NCBI GenBank assembly: GCA_005223125.1
Contig: NJBH01000009.1
Coordinates: 62,323-126,322, forward strand
Reading direction: 5' to 3'
Source of the DNA: Promethearchaeota archaeon Loki_b32
GTDB lineage: Archaea > Asgardarchaeota > Lokiarchaeia > Sigyniarchaeales > SOKP01
DNA: 64,000 nucleotides
The notes under the pieces were generated by a model. The model did no database searches, was not told the origin of the DNA, and worked only from the letters and a program-made list of their open reading frames with translations. Position 1 is the first letter of the stretch. Each line of letters starts with the position of its first letter. This document shows, one piece after another, positions 50,729 through 62,423 of this stretch. The position numbers and the translations under genes are program-made.

Positions 50729-52173
50729 ATGATTTGTTTCCAATATCTTGAAACTGATTATTTTTCAATCGAAATAAATAAGTCAACCTTGATTTCTTTC
50801 GATAAAAAGCTTTTTGTTAAGGTAAAATTTATAGGGAGGTTTTCCCTTAATTTAATTATGCCAATAACTAAAATAATAGGGAGAAACGCTCCCATAAAGA
50901 TAGAACAATGCACTCTAAATAAATTTTTCCGAGAAATACCTAAACCCAAAGAACATGGCTTAATAACGAAATTGAAGCAAATTAACGGCCTCTCAGTCAA
51001 TGAAGGGTATACGTTAAGAATGAAGCATGATGGTACGATTTATATTAAAGAAGAATATTGCCTTGGTTGCGGGAGGCGCATAGTTAAGGATGGGTATAAT
51101 CGCAGGATTGCAATTTTAGCCGAAGGGCTAGGAAAACACGAGTTTCGCATTCACAGGAAGCGTTGTCCTTATTGCGGAGAAATCAAACCAGATTACTCCA
51201 AACTTGCACCTAAAAACGGAAATTACCACGAGAGCTATAAAAGAAGGGCCCGGCAACATTATATGGAGGGATTAATGCCTTCGCAGATACAACGAGTCTT
51301 TAGAATCGATTTTGGCATTGAAATCTCCTTAACAACCATCGTCAACTGGATTGAAGAGGTTAGAGAGCCACTCAGAGAAATGCTCCATACTACCCCTGTG
51401 CCTTCCAGCGGGTACTGGGATTATGATGAAATTCACTTGAGGATTAACAAAGAATGGATGTATGCCATAGATACTGTAGATGTAATAACTCGATTCGTTC
51501 CCGTAGCTAAGATCTCAGAAAATATGGGTCGTAAGGCGGGCAGAGAAGTCTTAATGAAGGGAAGGAAGAACTGTCAGCTATGGATTAAGGGATAGTAAAG
51601 GATTGCACGACTAATCTAGGCGATCTATTTAAGAAAAAGAGTTTTAAGCGTATCATTCAGCAGAACTGCTTGACACATGTGAAATGGATTGTTTCCGCCC
51701 ATATAAAAGCATTTACAGGGATGTCTAAACGATCAAATAAACCTCTCCCTAAAGAGTAGCGATGGCTTCGGGACAGATTTTACGCACTTATTAATACCAA
51801 GCATGAATCTGATGCTTATATTCAATTAGAAATCATAAGAAACAATATTGAAAGGCTGAAAGGAAAAAGAATTAAAGAACTTCATACTGCACTCAAGCAG
51901 TTAGAGGGGTGGTTGCCAAAAATCATAGCTCACCAGCGAAACCCGTTCATTCCAACCACCAATAACCTATTAGAATTGTATCATAAGAAATACACGTATT
52001 ACCCCTCGTTTAAACGGAGTATGATGACGATAAAAGGAGCACAGCGAGTCTTGGATTATCGTGTTTTCAGACATAATTTTGGAAGATTTCCCAAACATAA
52101 AGAGATGTTTGAGATGAAATTTGAAGAGTTTAAAATCATTTTATCCGAATTACATTCAAAAATACTGAAGTAA
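50729..52173 (+). mobile_element. Degenerate IS transposase (DDE, IS256/ISH6-like); frameshift at ~51590 and internal TAG at ~51757
   Basis: CLGC...CPYC ribbon, WDYDEIHL, then in a shifted frame IVKDCTT...QQNCLTH (CxxH)...PKE*RW...PTTNNLLE; probable start 50858. Confidence 0.8.
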
Positions 52174-52206
52174 AAGAATAAAGGCAATAAAATAAATTAT
52201 CCTTAT

Positions 52207-52980
52207 ATGAAAAGAGGTATAAGTATGGATAAAAGAAAAAAAGGGATTGATAAATACAATGAAATATTTGGTGATCATCTAAATACATTCACAGAAACAG
52301 ATCCCGATCTGATGCTAATATTAAAAGATTTCATCTTTGGTGAAGTATTTTTTATTGGGAATATAGACGATAGACTTAGAGAATTAATTACCATTGCAGT
52401 TTTGACAACTAATTCTACACTACCACAATTGAAGGCTCATATTGGAGCTGCTTTGAATATAGAAGTAACACCAATTGAAATAAAAGAAGCAATTTACCAA
52501 TGTACTCCATTTATCGGTTTTCCAAAAGTACTTAATGCTGTTGCTATTTCTAATGAAGTCTTTTCGGATCGAGGTATAAAACTTCCACTCCAAAGTCAAA
52601 AACAAATAGAAGACAATGAACGATTTAAAAAAGGTGTAGAAATACAATTCCCAATTTATGGTGACGCTATAAAGAAAAACTTAGAGAAATTACCCGAAGA
52701 CCAACGAGAATGTATTCCTAGATTTCTCACTGAATTATGTTTTGGTGATTTTTATACACGAAGCGGTATAGAAATAAAAGTACGAGAATTATTAATTTTA
52801 TGTGTATTATGCACTTTAGGTGGATGCGAAACACAAATCAAATCACATGTAGTAGGAAATTTAAAGGTTGGCAATAGCCGTGAAACAATAATATCTGCAA
52901 TTACACATTGTCTTCCATATGTTGGATTTCCGAGGATGCTTAACGCAATAAATATAATAAAGGATATTAAAATTCAATAA
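52207..52980 (+). CDS. Carboxymuconolactone decarboxylase (CMD/AhpD) family, two tandem domains
   Basis: FIFGEVF...RELITIAVL...HIGAAL...PFIGFP and CFGDFYTR...RELL...PYVGFPR. Confidence 0.88.
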   Translation: MKRGISMDKRKKGIDKYNEIFGDHLNTFTETDPDLMLILKDFIFGEVFFIGNIDDRLRELITIAVLTTNSTLPQLKAHIGAALNIEVTPIEIKEAIYQCTPFIGFPKVLNAVAISNEVFSDRGIKLPLQSQKQIEDNERFKKGVEIQFPIYGDAIKKNLEKLPEDQRECIPRFLTELCFGDFYTRSGIEIKVRELLILCVLCTLGGCETQIKSHVVGNLKVGNSRETIISAITHCLPYVGFPRMLNAINIIKDIKIQ

Positions 52981-53291
52981 ACTTTTCCAGAATTAATGTT
53001 TTATTTATTATATAAATTGAATTTGTTCAAGTTCGGAAAATGTAATAAACACTTTTTATTTCTAATGTAGAATCATTTGATTAAAAAAGCTAGATGAAAA
53101 ACAATTTCCACATTATTTACCAGCACTGAATTTTGTAACCACCCAAAAGTTCATGTATCAAATTAAAAGAAAAAGTGAACAATCTAAATGGCTAAAATTT
53201 TTAATTCTTTTTTAATATTCAAATTTTCCAATAATGATATTTTCAAAATGTAAAATAGTGAATTGTTTTACCTTAAAAATGGGGTAATCTA

Positions 53292-53341
53292 TGTACTCCC
53301 AAATAATGATTGCATTCTAAAAAGTGGTGTACTCCCAAATA
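53292..53341. repeat. 14-bp direct repeat tgtactcccaaata (53292 and 53328)
   Basis: Seen directly; followed by a short gcac...gtgc stem. Confidence 0.6.
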
Positions 53342-53469
53342 GCACACACTCCATCGGGTGCGCCAGCTTTTTAGGCAAAATAAAAATAAATGTATGATTG
53401 AAAAAAAAACCCAAAGCCTGGAGAAAAATCAGATGTTTTTGCTATTTTAAAGCTTCCTGATATATAAAT

Positions 53470-56400
53470 CTATATCTTAAAATAAACCTTGATCTTTTGA
53501 ATCTCCCCTGTCTTGTTAAAAACTGAAAGACTATCTTCTTTAGAAAGCACCAAATTGTCCGATTGGAAACCTTCCCCTTTGAGGTTATTAATGACTACTT
53601 TTTCTTTCCCTCTAGAAACGATAATTGGGACCTGGCAGAAGGTGAATGCATAGCTGCCTTTTTCAAGCTTAATTTCCCGTCTGTTTTCATCAAAATCATA
53701 ATATTCTAGGAAATCCTCAGTAGTCAAATATTCTCTGTCATCCACAAGGATATCTATAAAATGGATCTGACCCTCTTTGATAAAAAGTCCAAGTTCAGCC
53801 TGTCTGGTGATGATTTCTTCTTTTACCATCCCTGTCATGCCTGGTTGTTTGGCTCCGGATCCGACCGGTGAATGTGAATAGGGATCGATGGGGAAGGCAC
53901 CGTATACGTCTGGTGTTTTGCTATACCCGATACCATCCCGAATCTGGAAATATTCATTCCTTAGCAGGAATGCTGTTGCCATATCTTCTTGTTCGGCAGC
54001 TCGGAGTACTGCTTCCTGGGCTGCCAGTAGAAGTTTAGATACCATATGCCAGTAAATACTGCCCAGTCCTTCGTAAGCAAAAAAAGTCCCGGATCGTCCA
54101 GTAAAACTTCTGTGATCAAACACATCTTCATAAAGTTTGAGTATCTCATTCTTTTCAGCTGCACTCAGCTTGTTGTTGGGATGTTGTTGATTAAAACTTT
54201 CAATTGCTTGTTTTAAATTAGTATTATTTCTGAATGTCCAGTTAAAATGGGCAGAACCATTTTGATTTGGTTCCAGAATTGGATTATTATTAAATTTGAG
54301 TACTTTCTGAAGTACCAAATTTTTTGCCACGGTTTCTTTCGAAATAGTGTTTTTCCTGAGAAACCCTACGAGCTTGCGGTCTGGGTAAAGCATATATGTA
54401 TTCTGATCTTCCCGGTACATTCGGCTTTCTCTGAGAGACTTAAGTATCTTCAGCACTTCTTTTGGTGTCATCTCAAATGAAGAGATCCCTGCAACCTGTC
54501 CTTCCAGCATCTCATAAAGATTATGTATTTTAGCCCCTTCCGGAGTGATCTCCAGAGTATTATACGAATGTAGAAGATTATCTTCTCTTATATTGTTCCT
54601 AAGTGTATCTCTGAACCAGTTACCTGCCAATTCCAGAAATGCAATAATATTTTTTCCACTTAGGTAGTTTTTTTTATCAGAAAATCCGTTTTTATATATC
54701 TTTTTTCTGAATTTTTCACCCGCTTTTCCAAACCTGTCCATAATGATCAGCCTATCCAGATCAGTCAAACTGGAAGAAATTTTTTCGCTGTATATCGTCA
54801 GTGTATTATTGATATCGTTATACCATGTAGCTGTTTCTTCAAACAATTCAAAATTCTGCCCTATTTTTGTTCTTATCAATTTTAGTATGAAATCAGAATA
54901 TCGGATCAGATATGACAGAGTAACAATAGAGAGACCATGACCTACCAATGCATTATTGGCATCATTCCATTCAGGTCTTTGAGTATTCATCCATATACCT
55001 CCATTCGGGACAAAATTTGTCAGTTTAGCTAGTAGTAGAATCAACACTTTTTCTATCATAGTTGAATGATATAGATTGCCGTTAGTATCTGTTAGTAATA
55101 GACCGTCAGATCCAATTTTTTCTGATCGCTTTTTTAAAATTTTATCTTTTTTCCACATAAACTGTATAGAATTTTCAGGATCTGCTATAATTTGTTCGTA
55201 TGATTTGATTTCGTAAGGTACATCGGCATAAACAAACCATGAAGAGGAAAGCCATTCTCCCAACTTTCCGGGGAAATAATGTTCAGCCAGCTCAAGTAAC
55301 TTAGATAAATAGATTATCTGGTGATCACTCCAATAACCGAAATTGGTCCAGGGATTATCTGGTTCTGGCATTTCCCAGTCGATTCCACTCCGTGAAATTT
55401 TGTAAGGATTATATCCATCGGCAGTTGTTGCATTTAGAAATTTAGAAATTACGTTAAAAACATAATCTGGATTTGATAAAAGAAGTGATTCCCAGTTCTG
55501 GAAAATATCACGCCAGTTTCCTTCAAAACCAATTCGTACAGTACCGTCATCATTTCTTGTATTAATAGAGAAATTATTCCAAGGACGGCTGGGATCACCA
55601 TGCCTGCGGCTAAATGTAATCGGTAGATACTCCATTGCTAATCTTTTCAGATCTGGATCTTTTACATTATCTACCTCTTTTATCAGGTCTGTTATAGTAA
55701 TCATTGAAGGTAATTTGGCTAAAAATTCATCATTCCGATAAGATACTTGATTATTGGCACCGGAGATAAAATTGGTGAGGTCTTTGGAATTAATGCTGTA
55801 TCCTCCGAAGAAATATCCTCCTCTCATTAAATTAAACATAACATTGTTGAAATGATGGGAAGATGCCAATATGCTACCTGTTTTCTGCAGGCCGTCATTT
55901 AAACCTATGATTTTTTTAAGGTCTTTAGTCGCTTGCTTAATATCATTTTCTACCTTTTCCTTTAGTAGAAGTGGATTGTTAATCAATTCCTTGACTAAAT
56001 TATGAATTGTTACATGTCTTTGATTTACTTCTCCACAGAAGAACCAACTCTTGGAATTTCCGCTGTCTATTTTCAGGCTGCTCTGGATAAAATAAGCACC
56101 TCTTCTTCCCTTAATATCTCGCTCTGTCTCAGTTTTACTAGTACTGCGAAATATAGACAGCTGGCGGGAACTCAATAGTATACTCGCTGCTTCAAGACCA
56201 TGCTGCCACCAGGATGAAGCACCGAGTGCTTCACTTGGTCCAGGTCGGTCTGTAAGCCTGGCATTGAGTGAATATATACCCAAACCACACTTTTCAACCA
56301 GTTCATTCCGTTTATAGGCGTTAAGAAGATTACTTAAATTTTTTTGAATATGCTCAGTTATCATAGGAGGAAGTACATTCTGTACCCCGTCTAAAATCTT

Positions 56401-56934
56401 TATAGATCTGCTAAATGATGCAGTATTGATAATTTCTGTTCTTTTGACTATACCATAAGAAGGACTGGTTGTCCAGGTTAACCGACAAACAAGTTCAAGA
56501 TCAGAATTGGTTTCTTGAAAGATAACTATATTACCGGGAATATTCTTGAAAATATCACGCCTAATGAAAAATAATCCTGCATATCTATCTGAAAACGGTT
56601 CCCAATGAATCCACTCATTTTTGTCTTTATTTAATACCTTTAATATTATTTTACTACCAGTATTTTCCTGATTTTCTGTTATTTTATCCACTGTATAATA
56701 GGGGAAAAGAGCATTATTTGCATTAATTCTACCTGCTGTTATTCCACCTGTTGTCGATAAAAACATCCAATGATTCTGTGGGCTTGTAATAGTCATAAAA
56801 AATGGTTCCATCAAGTGGTAGTTAGCTATCTTGTAATATGGTTCTCCATCAATCTCAACAAATCCTCCGCTAACTTTATCATTATTGTTAGAAGAAATTT
56901 CGGAGAATCCTTTTTTAAACACTCTGTCTGTCAT
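53470..56934 (-). CDS. GH149-like beta-1,3-glucan phosphorylase
   Basis: 1154 aa; PFFMTI..S..HWMFLS, FSRRHGDPSRPWN, WMNTQRPEWNDANNALVG, MLEGQVA, FTGRSGTFFAYEGLGSIYWHMVSKL, QPGMTG. Confidence 0.78.
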   Translation of the reverse strand: MTDRVFKKGFSEISSNNNDKVSGGFVEIDGEPYYKIANYHLMEPFFMTITSPQNHWMFLSTTGGITAGRINANNALFPYYTVDKITENQENTGSKIILKVLNKDKNEWIHWEPFSDRYAGLFFIRRDIFKNIPGNIVIFQETNSDLELVCRLTWTTSPSYGIVKRTEIINTASFSRSIKILDGVQNVLPPMITEHIQKNLSNLLNAYKRNELVEKCGLGIYSLNARLTDRPGPSEALGASSWWQHGLEAASILLSSRQLSIFRSTSKTETERDIKGRRGAYFIQSSLKIDSGNSKSWFFCGEVNQRHVTIHNLVKELINNPLLLKEKVENDIKQATKDLKKIIGLNDGLQKTGSILASSHHFNNVMFNLMRGGYFFGGYSINSKDLTNFISGANNQVSYRNDEFLAKLPSMITITDLIKEVDNVKDPDLKRLAMEYLPITFSRRHGDPSRPWNNFSINTRNDDGTVRIGFEGNWRDIFQNWESLLLSNPDYVFNVISKFLNATTADGYNPYKISRSGIDWEMPEPDNPWTNFGYWSDHQIIYLSKLLELAEHYFPGKLGEWLSSSWFVYADVPYEIKSYEQIIADPENSIQFMWKKDKILKKRSEKIGSDGLLLTDTNGNLYHSTMIEKVLILLLAKLTNFVPNGGIWMNTQRPEWNDANNALVGHGLSIVTLSYLIRYSDFILKLIRTKIGQNFELFEETATWYNDINNTLTIYSEKISSSLTDLDRLIIMDRFGKAGEKFRKKIYKNGFSDKKNYLSGKNIIAFLELAGNWFRDTLRNNIREDNLLHSYNTLEITPEGAKIHNLYEMLEGQVAGISSFEMTPKEVLKILKSLRESRMYREDQNTYMLYPDRKLVGFLRKNTISKETVAKNLVLQKVLKFNNNPILEPNQNGSAHFNWTFRNNTNLKQAIESFNQQHPNNKLSAAEKNEILKLYEDVFDHRSFTGRSGTFFAYEGLGSIYWHMVSKLLLAAQEAVLRAAEQEDMATAFLLRNEYFQIRDGIGYSKTPDVYGAFPIDPYSHSPVGSGAKQPGMTGMVKEEIITRQAELGLFIKEGQIHFIDILVDDREYLTTEDFLEYYDFDENRREIKLEKGSYAFTFCQVPIIVSRGKEKVVINNLKGEGFQSDNLVLSKEDSLSVFNKTGEIQKIKVYFKI

Positions 56935-57280
56935 ACAAACTCTCCTTTAATTTCATTAGCTGTAAAATGCAATATTATTAAATTATTATTTCTATATGTC
57001 AATAAAATACAACCCTATTTATTTTCTAAGCATGCCATTGTTTTAATAAATATTCTCCTATCTTTATATTATTTTTTCATCTATAATTTTAAATATTTGA
57101 GATTTTGGTACAATATATATTGGACAAATACAAATAAAATTAAATTTAAAGGTATATGATCTTATATGGTATATTGAAAGCTTAATAACGTTAATTATAA
57201 CACTTTATCTTCTTAGATACATTAAAAAACATGATTTAATAAATAAATGGTATAATAAACTTAATAAAAAGAAAATATAT

Positions 57281-58345
57281 TTATCTATTCTGTAAAAATT
57301 CAGTCTTTTTTAAACTCGGGAGAAATACAAAGAAATTTGTTCCTTTTCTATATTCACTCTCAACAAATATTTTTCCTTTAATAAAGTGATTTATATCTTC
57401 CTTTGAAATTGATACCAATGGTTTTATTTTTTCAATAAATCCTATAACTAAATTTTGTTTTAACTGGTCGTCTGTTGTCTTATTAAATTGTGTTATTTCT
57501 TGAATTAACCATTTATAAATCTTTTTTACTGTTTTTAAACTTTTTCGATGAAATTTATAATGAGAAATAGTAGGAATCTCAAGATCATCATCAATAAAGG
57601 ATTTTGGAGTTTTTCCAATTGTTTTATAAAATTCATCTCTAAATTTTTCAAGAAAATATCCTTCTAAAATCATATCATCTGAACCTGATAATGTTTCATC
57701 TTAGGCGGTGCTGGTACTCGAAGATTTACTCTTTGCTATTTGAGCTGCTTTTAACGTAAGATGATCTAAATTATACATTTCTATTCTCCGAAATGGTATC
57801 TGCTCTGTTTTCTCGACACTTTCTATAATGCTATAATCCTTTTTCAATTTACTAGCATTAGTCTTCTTTTTTACTATAATAATAACAATTAATGCGATTA
57901 CTACACCTATTACAAGAAGAATTATAGGAATAATTATAATTATTAGAATATTACTAGAGTCATTACTTGAATTAATATTACTTGATGGATCGTTAGGATC
58001 TGTTTGCGCGTCCACTTCTTCTCCATCGCTAAATCCATCTCCATCGGAATCTGCATCATTCGGATTTGTGTTATATATATTAATCTCATCCAAATCTATA
58101 AGTCCATCTTCATCTGTCTCTAAATTATATTTTAGTAAAACTAGATCAGAATTACTTCCATCAGAATTTTGAGCATTGTATCCCGAGATATATATACTTC
58201 CATTATTATCTAATATAATACCCTTTCCTGATTCAGACTCAGTACTCCCCCATGTTTCATACCAATCAAGAAGTCCAGATGAATAATATTTAATTAGAAA
58301 TACATCACCATTTACTTCTCCATAGTTTTCAGTTGATCCCGTAAT
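57281..58345 (-). pseudogene. 5'-truncated single-pass surface protein (beta-propeller repeat + DxDGDG Ca-binding repeat + TM + cytoplasmic domain) with internal TAA at 57701-57703
   Basis: Open frame from 58345: ITGSTENYG..DVFLIKY..WG..GIILDNNGSIYISG..DLVLLKY..DADSDGDGFSDGEE, then TM; the 57281-57673 ORF is in frame just after the stop. Confidence 0.7.
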
Positions 58346-58470
58346 TTAGTCATTGATGCCCAAATAATTTTTTTTTAATAATGCATTTATTTTTTGATTT
58401 TTAGAAGAATATATTAAGAATTAAATTTGAATTATATAACCATTTCTTTTCCTTGAATTTTATTACAAAT

Positions 58471-60510
58471 TTAACCTAAATATTCAAACCCAGTTTGAAG
58501 CCGAATATCTCGAGAAGAATCACCAATTAAAATGTTGAAGTTTCCTTTCTCAGCTATCCATTTACCATGACTTTCACTATAAAAAGAAAGATCACTTTTA
58601 TCTATTTCAAATGTAATTGTCACTCTTTCCCCAGGTTTAAGATAGACTTTTTTAAATCCTTTGAGTTCTTTAAGAGGTCTTTCTACACTTGATTCAACAT
58701 CTTGTATGTATAACTGAACAACTTCTGATCCTGGATATTCCCCTGAATTCATGATATCGACAGATATGGTAAGAATTTCATCTTTAGTAAGTTTTTCTTT
58801 AGAAAGCATGAGATTTTCGTAAGTAAAATTAGTATAAGATAACCCATGACCAAAGGGAAAAAGGGGCTCAATGTTTTTTGTATCAAAATGACGATATCCA
58901 ACAAAAATACCCTCTTCATAAAATACCTTTTCATCACCCGGAAACGTTCGTTCAGATACATGTGCTGGGGAATCTGCGAGCATTTTTGGAAATGATATGG
59001 GAAGTTTACCTGAAGGGTTTACATCGCCAAAAAGAATGGCAGAACTCGCATTTCCTGTTTCCATTCCTCCATACCATGCCTGTAGTACGGCAGGAACTTC
59101 ATTTATCCATTCGATCATTGATACTGAAGTTCCAGCGATCATGACTACTATCGTATTTGAATTTTCTTTAATAGTCTTTTTAATCAGATCAACTTGTTCT
59201 GGAGGTAAAGCAAATGAATTCCTATCATCACCTTCAGCATCCATTCCCTTTATGTGTCTGAGTCCCGCAAAAAATATAGTAACATCTGCCATCGCAGGGG
59301 AATCAATTATCTCAATTTTTTCTTTACACTTTTGTTTTAATCCTTCAAGGGGCGTAATCTCATAAGGGGGAAAATTAGTAGAACTACCACCACCTAAAAA
59401 TGTTTGTATATTCGCGTTCGGTCCGATTACAGCAATTTTTCTTAATTTATCCATATTTAATGGCAGAAGATCACCCTCATTCTTTAAGAGTACCATTCCT
59501 TCTTCAGCAATTTTACGAGCTAAGATTTGATGTTCACGGGTATTTCGGCTCCCTTGAGGCAAGGTAGACACCTCATCAAAAAGACCAGTCAGAAACATTA
59601 TCCTCAACAAACGTTTAACATTATCATTGAGTGTTTCTTCAGTGAATTTACCTTCATTAAAAGCTATTCTCATTTTGGAGGGGAAATACTTACTTAGAGT
59701 AGGCATCTCAAGAGTTAAACCTGCATTTATACAACTTTCAGTACTAGTAGTACGGTTCGTAGCGCCCCAATCTGAAACAACGAATCCCTTGAATCCCCAT
59801 TCATTCATCAATACTTTCCTTAGGAGATGGTGATGTTCAGAACCATAGATTCCATTTATTTTATTATAACTACTCATGATTGACCAAGCATCTGCTTCTT
59901 TGACAGCTGCCTTAAAAGCAGGAAAATATATTTCTTGTAGAGCTCTTTCACTAACCTCAGAACTTACGGTAAATCGGTTGGATTCCTGATTATTGCAGAT
60001 AAAATGTTTTACACACGCAGCAATTCTTTGGCTTTGAATCCCTTTTACAACTGCCACAGCTAGTTTTTTATTAAGATATGGATCTTCTGTTTGGTATTCA
60101 AATGTTCGACCACAAAGAGGTGTTCTTTGAATGTTTATTCCTGGAGCGAGTAACATGTGAGCTCCAACGTCCCGGACTTCTTGAGCAATGGCGATCCCGA
60201 ATTTTTCAGATAATTCAGGATTCCAAGTAGCAGCTCTACAAATGGTTGAAGGAAAATAAGTAGATTGTATTTTACCTTCAGTATCTACCCGAACACCATG
60301 AGGTCCATCATGCATGGCAAACGATTTCATCCCTAATCTTCTTAATGGTTTTGTATACCACCAACGCCTACCCGCACATAGCTTAAACTTTTCATTTAAT
60401 GTCAATCGTTCTAACAAATCTTCTACTCTTTTTTCCAGTTCAAGATTATTATTCAGGAAAGGCAATTTCGAAAAATTAATTTCAGGTTTTTCTTCACTCA
60501 ATATAATCAC
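58471..60510 (-). CDS. GH3 beta-glucosidase with Fn3-like C-terminal domain
   Basis: HDGPHGVR, RTPLCGRTFEY, KHFICN, VVSDW, PFGHGLSYT, EVVQLY. Confidence 0.93.
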   Translation of the reverse strand: MIILSEEKPEINFSKLPFLNNNLELEKRVEDLLERLTLNEKFKLCAGRRWWYTKPLRRLGMKSFAMHDGPHGVRVDTEGKIQSTYFPSTICRAATWNPELSEKFGIAIAQEVRDVGAHMLLAPGINIQRTPLCGRTFEYQTEDPYLNKKLAVAVVKGIQSQRIAACVKHFICNNQESNRFTVSSEVSERALQEIYFPAFKAAVKEADAWSIMSSYNKINGIYGSEHHHLLRKVLMNEWGFKGFVVSDWGATNRTTSTESCINAGLTLEMPTLSKYFPSKMRIAFNEGKFTEETLNDNVKRLLRIMFLTGLFDEVSTLPQGSRNTREHQILARKIAEEGMVLLKNEGDLLPLNMDKLRKIAVIGPNANIQTFLGGGSSTNFPPYEITPLEGLKQKCKEKIEIIDSPAMADVTIFFAGLRHIKGMDAEGDDRNSFALPPEQVDLIKKTIKENSNTIVVMIAGTSVSMIEWINEVPAVLQAWYGGMETGNASSAILFGDVNPSGKLPISFPKMLADSPAHVSERTFPGDEKVFYEEGIFVGYRHFDTKNIEPLFPFGHGLSYTNFTYENLMLSKEKLTKDEILTISVDIMNSGEYPGSEVVQLYIQDVESSVERPLKELKGFKKVYLKPGERVTITFEIDKSDLSFYSESHGKWIAEKGNFNILIGDSSRDIRLQTGFEYLG

Positions 60511-60763
60511 CCCACTTTTACAAATAAAATATTATAAATAATATAAGATTGATGAAAATATTAGTCCTAATTAATTATCAATAATTAGTAGATTCTTATA
60601 ATCATCAGCATTCGAAAGCAAAAGATATATCTTTCTGAAGCTCCCCATGCATAATTTAAGATTGTTTCTTTTGTTACCTCTGGAAAATTTTCTAATTTGT
60701 CAAGAAATCGTGGTATGAGATATTTGCATTCTATATTTATTATACTTAGTATGAAAATGAAAA

Positions 60764-61231
60764 TATACGTATGCAAAAGAAACACAGAAGTCAAAAAAAT
60801 GCCTTCGATGTGGTCGTTCTCATATAGTATCTCGGATCAAAAATCTCGGTGAGATTGTAAAAGGAATGACAAATGCCGTAGAAAGAGTTAAACAAAAATA
60901 AAATGAATTAGCCATAGGAGAATTAGGAAATGAGCCTGAGTTTATAACTTCAAGCGATTTTAAAATCACTAATAAAATTTTACCTAAAAAACCGGAATTA
61001 CCTGAATTTCAAGTGAAAAATAATAAAGAAAATGAGGATGATTATTTAGATACTTTTAAGAAAATGCTTTTAGAATTATCTCAATCGTATAAAGAATTCC
61101 CTCTCTCTATAATAGAGCTAATAGCCGAGAATTATAACATTCCTGATAAAGAATTAAAAATATTAATACGGAATCTCCATAAAAACAAGATGTTGATACT
61201 GAAAAATAATTTATTTCTTTTTAATTTTTGA
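60764..61231 (+). pseudogene. DUF1922-like Zn-ribbon protein remnant with in-frame TAA (60899-60901); includes ORF 61013-61231
   Basis: YTYAKETQKSKKCLRCGRSH...VKQK*NELA... continues in frame into the 61013 ORF. Confidence 0.5.
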
Positions 61232-61380
61232 TTTGTGTGAATTTTAAATAAGCAAATTTATATAACTAAAAGTCTAAAAAAAAGAAAAAAGTAATTAAGA
61301 ATAATGAAATATTTTAAACAAAAGCTAATGAGGGAATTTAACGTAAACAAATATACAACGCTCAAATTGGAAGGGAATAC

Positions 61381-61570
61381 TCATACTTTTTGAGGAGAGG
61401 GGCACACGCGGGAGGGTGATGATAGAGAGAGAAAGAGAAGTGCCTATCGCAATCTGTACACTCGTAATGTTGTGGATGACCTTTTACTTTGGTGTCGTGC
61501 CCTCTTTTAATTATATTTTCTGACGAACAACCCTTGAGCGTTTTCGGGCTGGGTAAAAGTCAGCTATCAT
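61381..61570 (-). pseudogene. Transposase N-terminal Zn-ribbon remnant
   Basis: AGGAGG + ATG, then after a frameshift CSSENIIKRGHDTKVKGHPQHYECTDCDRHF; GC-rich patch. Confidence 0.5.
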
Positions 61571-61886
61571 ATCATTCCTCCTAAATTTTTAATTATTTTA
61601 ATAATTAAAATAAGAGATTAGGCGAATTTAAGTTTATTGTTTAGGAAAAGCGTGATTTAATTTAGATTCCAATAGCTTTAAATATTTTTGTCGATGAAGG
61701 TAAATAAAAAAATATCTTTTTATCTAATAAATATATATCTTTATATATTTTTTATTATTCAAAATTTTTATAAACATTCAACTCCTATAGCTGGAAAATA
61801 AAAGAAAATAATTAAATAACTTTCTAGTTATTTATTAACATATAAAAAATACAATATGATAAATTATATATAATAAAGGGGATATT

Positions 61887-62423
61887 ATGGATTTATTTGA
61901 AGCAATAAAGAACAGATATTCTTATCGAGGAGAATATAAGGAAATAGAGATTCCAATAAAACACTTAAAACAGGTTGTTGAGGCTGGTTTACAAGCTCCT
62001 TCTGGTTCGAATAAACAAACAACTTCTTTTGTCATAGTAAATGATGAGATAATTCTTAATAAAATCAGAGAAGTACTTCCTAAGGTAAAACCAATCCAGA
62101 CAACCTCAGCTATTATTTTATGTATTATGGATAAAAATCCAGAGCAAATTCATGGAAACCCACATTATGAGATAGAAGATTGTTCTGCGGCGACAGAAAA
62201 TATGCTTATTGCTATAACCGCACTTGGATATGCTTCTGTTTGGCTTGATGGAATTTTAAGGAGTGATCAAATTGCCGAAAATTTAGGAGAAATAATAAAT
62301 CTCCCTAAAACAAAAACAGTTAGAATAGTATTACCTATCGGTATTCCTACCATAGATGGTCCTAGACCTGATAAACTACCATTTGATCAACGAGCATGGT
62401 TTAATCAATATAATGGTGAATAA
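61887..62423 (+). CDS. Nitroreductase family protein
   Basis: AIKNRYSYR, APSGSNKQ, DCSAATENMLIAITALGYASVW. Confidence 0.9.
   Translation: MDLFEAIKNRYSYRGEYKEIEIPIKHLKQVVEAGLQAPSGSNKQTTSFVIVNDEIILNKIREVLPKVKPIQTTSAIILCIMDKNPEQIHGNPHYEIEDCSAATENMLIAITALGYASVWLDGILRSDQIAENLGEIINLPKTKTVRIVLPIGIPTIDGPRPDKLPFDQRAWFNQYNGE

Noticed and set aside
61393-61505. GC-rich gaggggcac...gtgccctc stem as an ncRNA
   Set aside because: The minus strand translates to a transposase-like Zn ribbon, which explains the composition; the stem is short.
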